Shown one piece after another: positions 61,911 through 64,000 of a DNA stretch of 64,000 bases (positions are counted from its first letter, which is position 1; the number at the start of each line of letters is the position of its first letter). The notes beneath the pieces are model-generated. The model ran no database searches and had not been told where the DNA came from. It was given only the letters and a program-made list of their open reading frames with translations. The stretch is taken from NCBI GenBank assembly GCA_965248835.1, contig CBDFLJ010000002.1, positions 1,728,001 to 1,792,000 of the forward strand, given 5' to 3'. The DNA comes from Alphaproteobacteria bacterium (lineage in GTDB: Bacteria; Pseudomonadota; Alphaproteobacteria; MPNO01). A program made the position numbers and the translations under genes.

Positions 61911-62806
61911 GCCGGCCCGCCCCATCGGGCGGATCGGGCAATCTGCGCGCGATCGCGTTGATGCTGGTGGCGACGATCGCCTTCACCGTGATGCACGCCT
62001 CCATCCGCCAGGTCGCCCGGGACCTCCACCCGTTCGAGGTCGCATTCTTCCGCAACTTTTTCGGGCTGATCTTCCTTGCGCCCTATTTCTTCCGCTACGG
62101 AACGGCATCCCTGCGGACGGCGAACCTCAAGCTCCACAGCCTGCGCGCGGTCTTCAACCTGGCCTCGATGCTGTGTTTCTTCTACGCACTCACCATCGCA
62201 CCGTTCGCCGATGTGACGGCGCTGACCTTCACCGCGCCGATCTTCGCCAGCGCGCTTGCCGTGCCGATCCTGAAGGAGACCGTACGGCCGGTCCGCTGGG
62301 TGGCGATCGCGCTCGGCTTCCTGGGCGCGCTGGTCGTGCTGCGGCCGGGTCTGGGCACCGTCGGGTTGGGGCCGATCCTCGCGGTGAGCGCGGCGCTGAT
62401 CTGGGGCTTCGCCATGCTGGTGATCAAGACGCTGACCCGGACCGAGTCCTCCATCACGATCACCGCCTACATGATGATCTACCTGACGCCGATGTCGCTG
62501 GTCGCGGCAATCCCGTTCTGGACCTGGCCGTCGCTCGAGCAGTACGGGCTGCTGCTGTTCCTCGCGGTGCTGGGGACCACCGGTCACCTGTTCCTCAACC
62601 AGGCGCTCAAAGAAGGCGAGACGTCGGTCGTCGCCCCGGTCGATTTCGTCCGCCTGATCTGGGCCGCGGCGATCGGCTACCTGATCTTCGGCGAGTTCCC
62701 CGACACGCTGACCTGGATCGGCGGCGGCATGATCTGCGCCGGCGCCGCCCTGATCGCATACCGCGAGGGGCGGCGCGCCGGGCCGGGTGCTAAGATGCGC
62801 GATTGA
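61907..62806 (+). CDS. DMT/EamA transporter
   Basis: EVAFFR, ten TM segments; start uncertain. Confidence 0.88.
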   Translation: MSRPAPSGGSGNLRAIALMLVATIAFTVMHASIRQVARDLHPFEVAFFRNFFGLIFLAPYFFRYGTASLRTANLKLHSLRAVFNLASMLCFFYALTIAPFADVTALTFTAPIFASALAVPILKETVRPVRWVAIALGFLGALVVLRPGLGTVGLGPILAVSAALIWGFAMLVIKTLTRTESSITITAYMMIYLTPMSLVAAIPFWTWPSLEQYGLLLFLAVLGTTGHLFLNQALKEGETSVVAPVDFVRLIWAAAIGYLIFGEFPDTLTWIGGGMICAGAALIAYREGRRAGPGAKMRD

Positions 62807-62954
62807 GACGGGGAGGGAGAGGTCATGGAAAACATCCGGATCGGCGAAATCGCGTAAGCCAAGCTGGGATTGTCCCTGCATCCACCGCAGCACGGACGCA
62901 AATGATGCAACCAACTTTTCCAGCGGCGGGTTGTCGGTTGGCCAGGGTTTGCCC

Positions 62955-63875
62955 GTGACCGGCAATAACACAAGGCACCGCCATGGACATGCCGGCGACA
63001 GGCACGGCAGCAACGTCCGGCGCATCTTTTGGGCTCTGCTGCTGACCGGCAGCTTCATGTTCGTCGAGGCGGTCGGCGGCGTGATCTCGGGATCCCTGGC
63101 GCTGCTTGCCGATGCCGCCCACATGCTTGTCGATACGGTGTCCCTGTTGTTTGCATGGATCGCCTTCAAGCTGAGCCGCCGCCCCGCCGACAAGGCACGC
63201 ACTTACGGCTATCACCGCTTTCCGGTTCTCGCCGCCTTCACCAACGGCATCAGCCTGATATTCATCGTCGGCTGGATTTTCATCGAGGCGGTCGGCCGGC
63301 TCATCGACCCGACCGAGGTGCTTGCGGCCCCGATGCTGGCTGTGGCGGGGCTGGGACTTGTCGTCAATGCCACCGCGTTCGTGGTGCTTCATGGAGCCGA
63401 CCGCAACAACCTCAATGTCCGCGGCGCCCTCTTGCACGTGCTGGGCGACATGCTCGGTTCGGTTGCCGCAGTCAGCGCGGCGCTGATCATCATGATGACC
63501 GGCTGGATGCCGATCGATCCGCTACTCTCGATCCTGGTCGGGCTGCTGGTGCTGCGCAGTGCCTGGTTTCTGGTGAAGGATGCGGCGCATGTGCTGCTCG
63601 AAGGCGTTCCCGGGCAATTGGACGTCCGCGAAATCGGTCCGGATCTGGTCTCGCATATCGCTGTCGTCGAGGATGTGCATCACGTGCACGCCTGGTCCTT
63701 GTCGCAAGACCGGTCATTGCTGACCCTGCACGCACGAATCATCGAGGGCGCCAACCCGGATTCGGCGGTTGCCGAGATTCGGTCACGCTTGGCGCAGCGT
63801 TTCGATATCAGCCACGTCACGGTGCAAATCGAGTTGGAAGGCTGCACCGACGATCCCGTCGCCGCGCTTGGGTGA
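62955..63875 (+). CDS. Cation diffusion facilitator (CzcD/ZitB-like)
   Basis: SLALLADAAHM, HVLGD, HHVHAW, HVTVQIE; start uncertain. Confidence 0.9.
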   Translation: MTGNNTRHRHGHAGDRHGSNVRRIFWALLLTGSFMFVEAVGGVISGSLALLADAAHMLVDTVSLLFAWIAFKLSRRPADKARTYGYHRFPVLAAFTNGISLIFIVGWIFIEAVGRLIDPTEVLAAPMLAVAGLGLVVNATAFVVLHGADRNNLNVRGALLHVLGDMLGSVAAVSAALIIMMTGWMPIDPLLSILVGLLVLRSAWFLVKDAAHVLLEGVPGQLDVREIGPDLVSHIAVVEDVHHVHAWSLSQDRSLLTLHARIIEGANPDSAVAEIRSRLAQRFDISHVTVQIELEGCTDDPVAALG

Positions 63876-64000
63876 ACACCGCGCCGTGGCGGAAGCCAGA
63901 GAGCGGAATTCAGCGCGCGCTTCCCGCCGACCTGGGCCGTCGCATCCGGGTGATTATGAACAGCGCCAATGCAGCCACGACGATGGACGGACCCGACGGC

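Overview
GC-rich bacterial chromosome segment, most consistent with an alphaproteobacterium (inferred from gene and IS families). About 1-45.9 kb is a decaying mobile or genomic island and about 46-64 kb is ordinary housekeeping DNA. The island holds four blocks. (i) ICE/prophage-like backbone genes: a toprim protein, DUF4326, and a divergent CI-like S24 repressor paired with a double-Cro-like gene. (ii) An intact 13 kb, translationally coupled anti-phage operon: HTH, DUF499 ATPase, small accessory protein, DUF1156-type adenine methyltransferase and PLD-SNF2 helicase. A second three-gene Menshen-like module (DUF262, DUF3696-type ATPase, putative toxin) is nested inside it. (iii) An IS-riddled zone with split or dead genes, an integrase fragment, three tandem ribbon-helix-helix genes, a ParDE-type TA pair, a MOBF/TrwC relaxase fragment and a ~285 bp structured non-coding element that recurs 21.6 kb downstream at the island edge. 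(iv) Catabolic cargo: TRAP, TTT and ABC transporters, a Rieske oxygenase and two ornithine cyclodeaminase-family enzymes. No CRISPR array, rRNA or tRNA was seen. Family assignments come from motif recognition by eye, not database searches.
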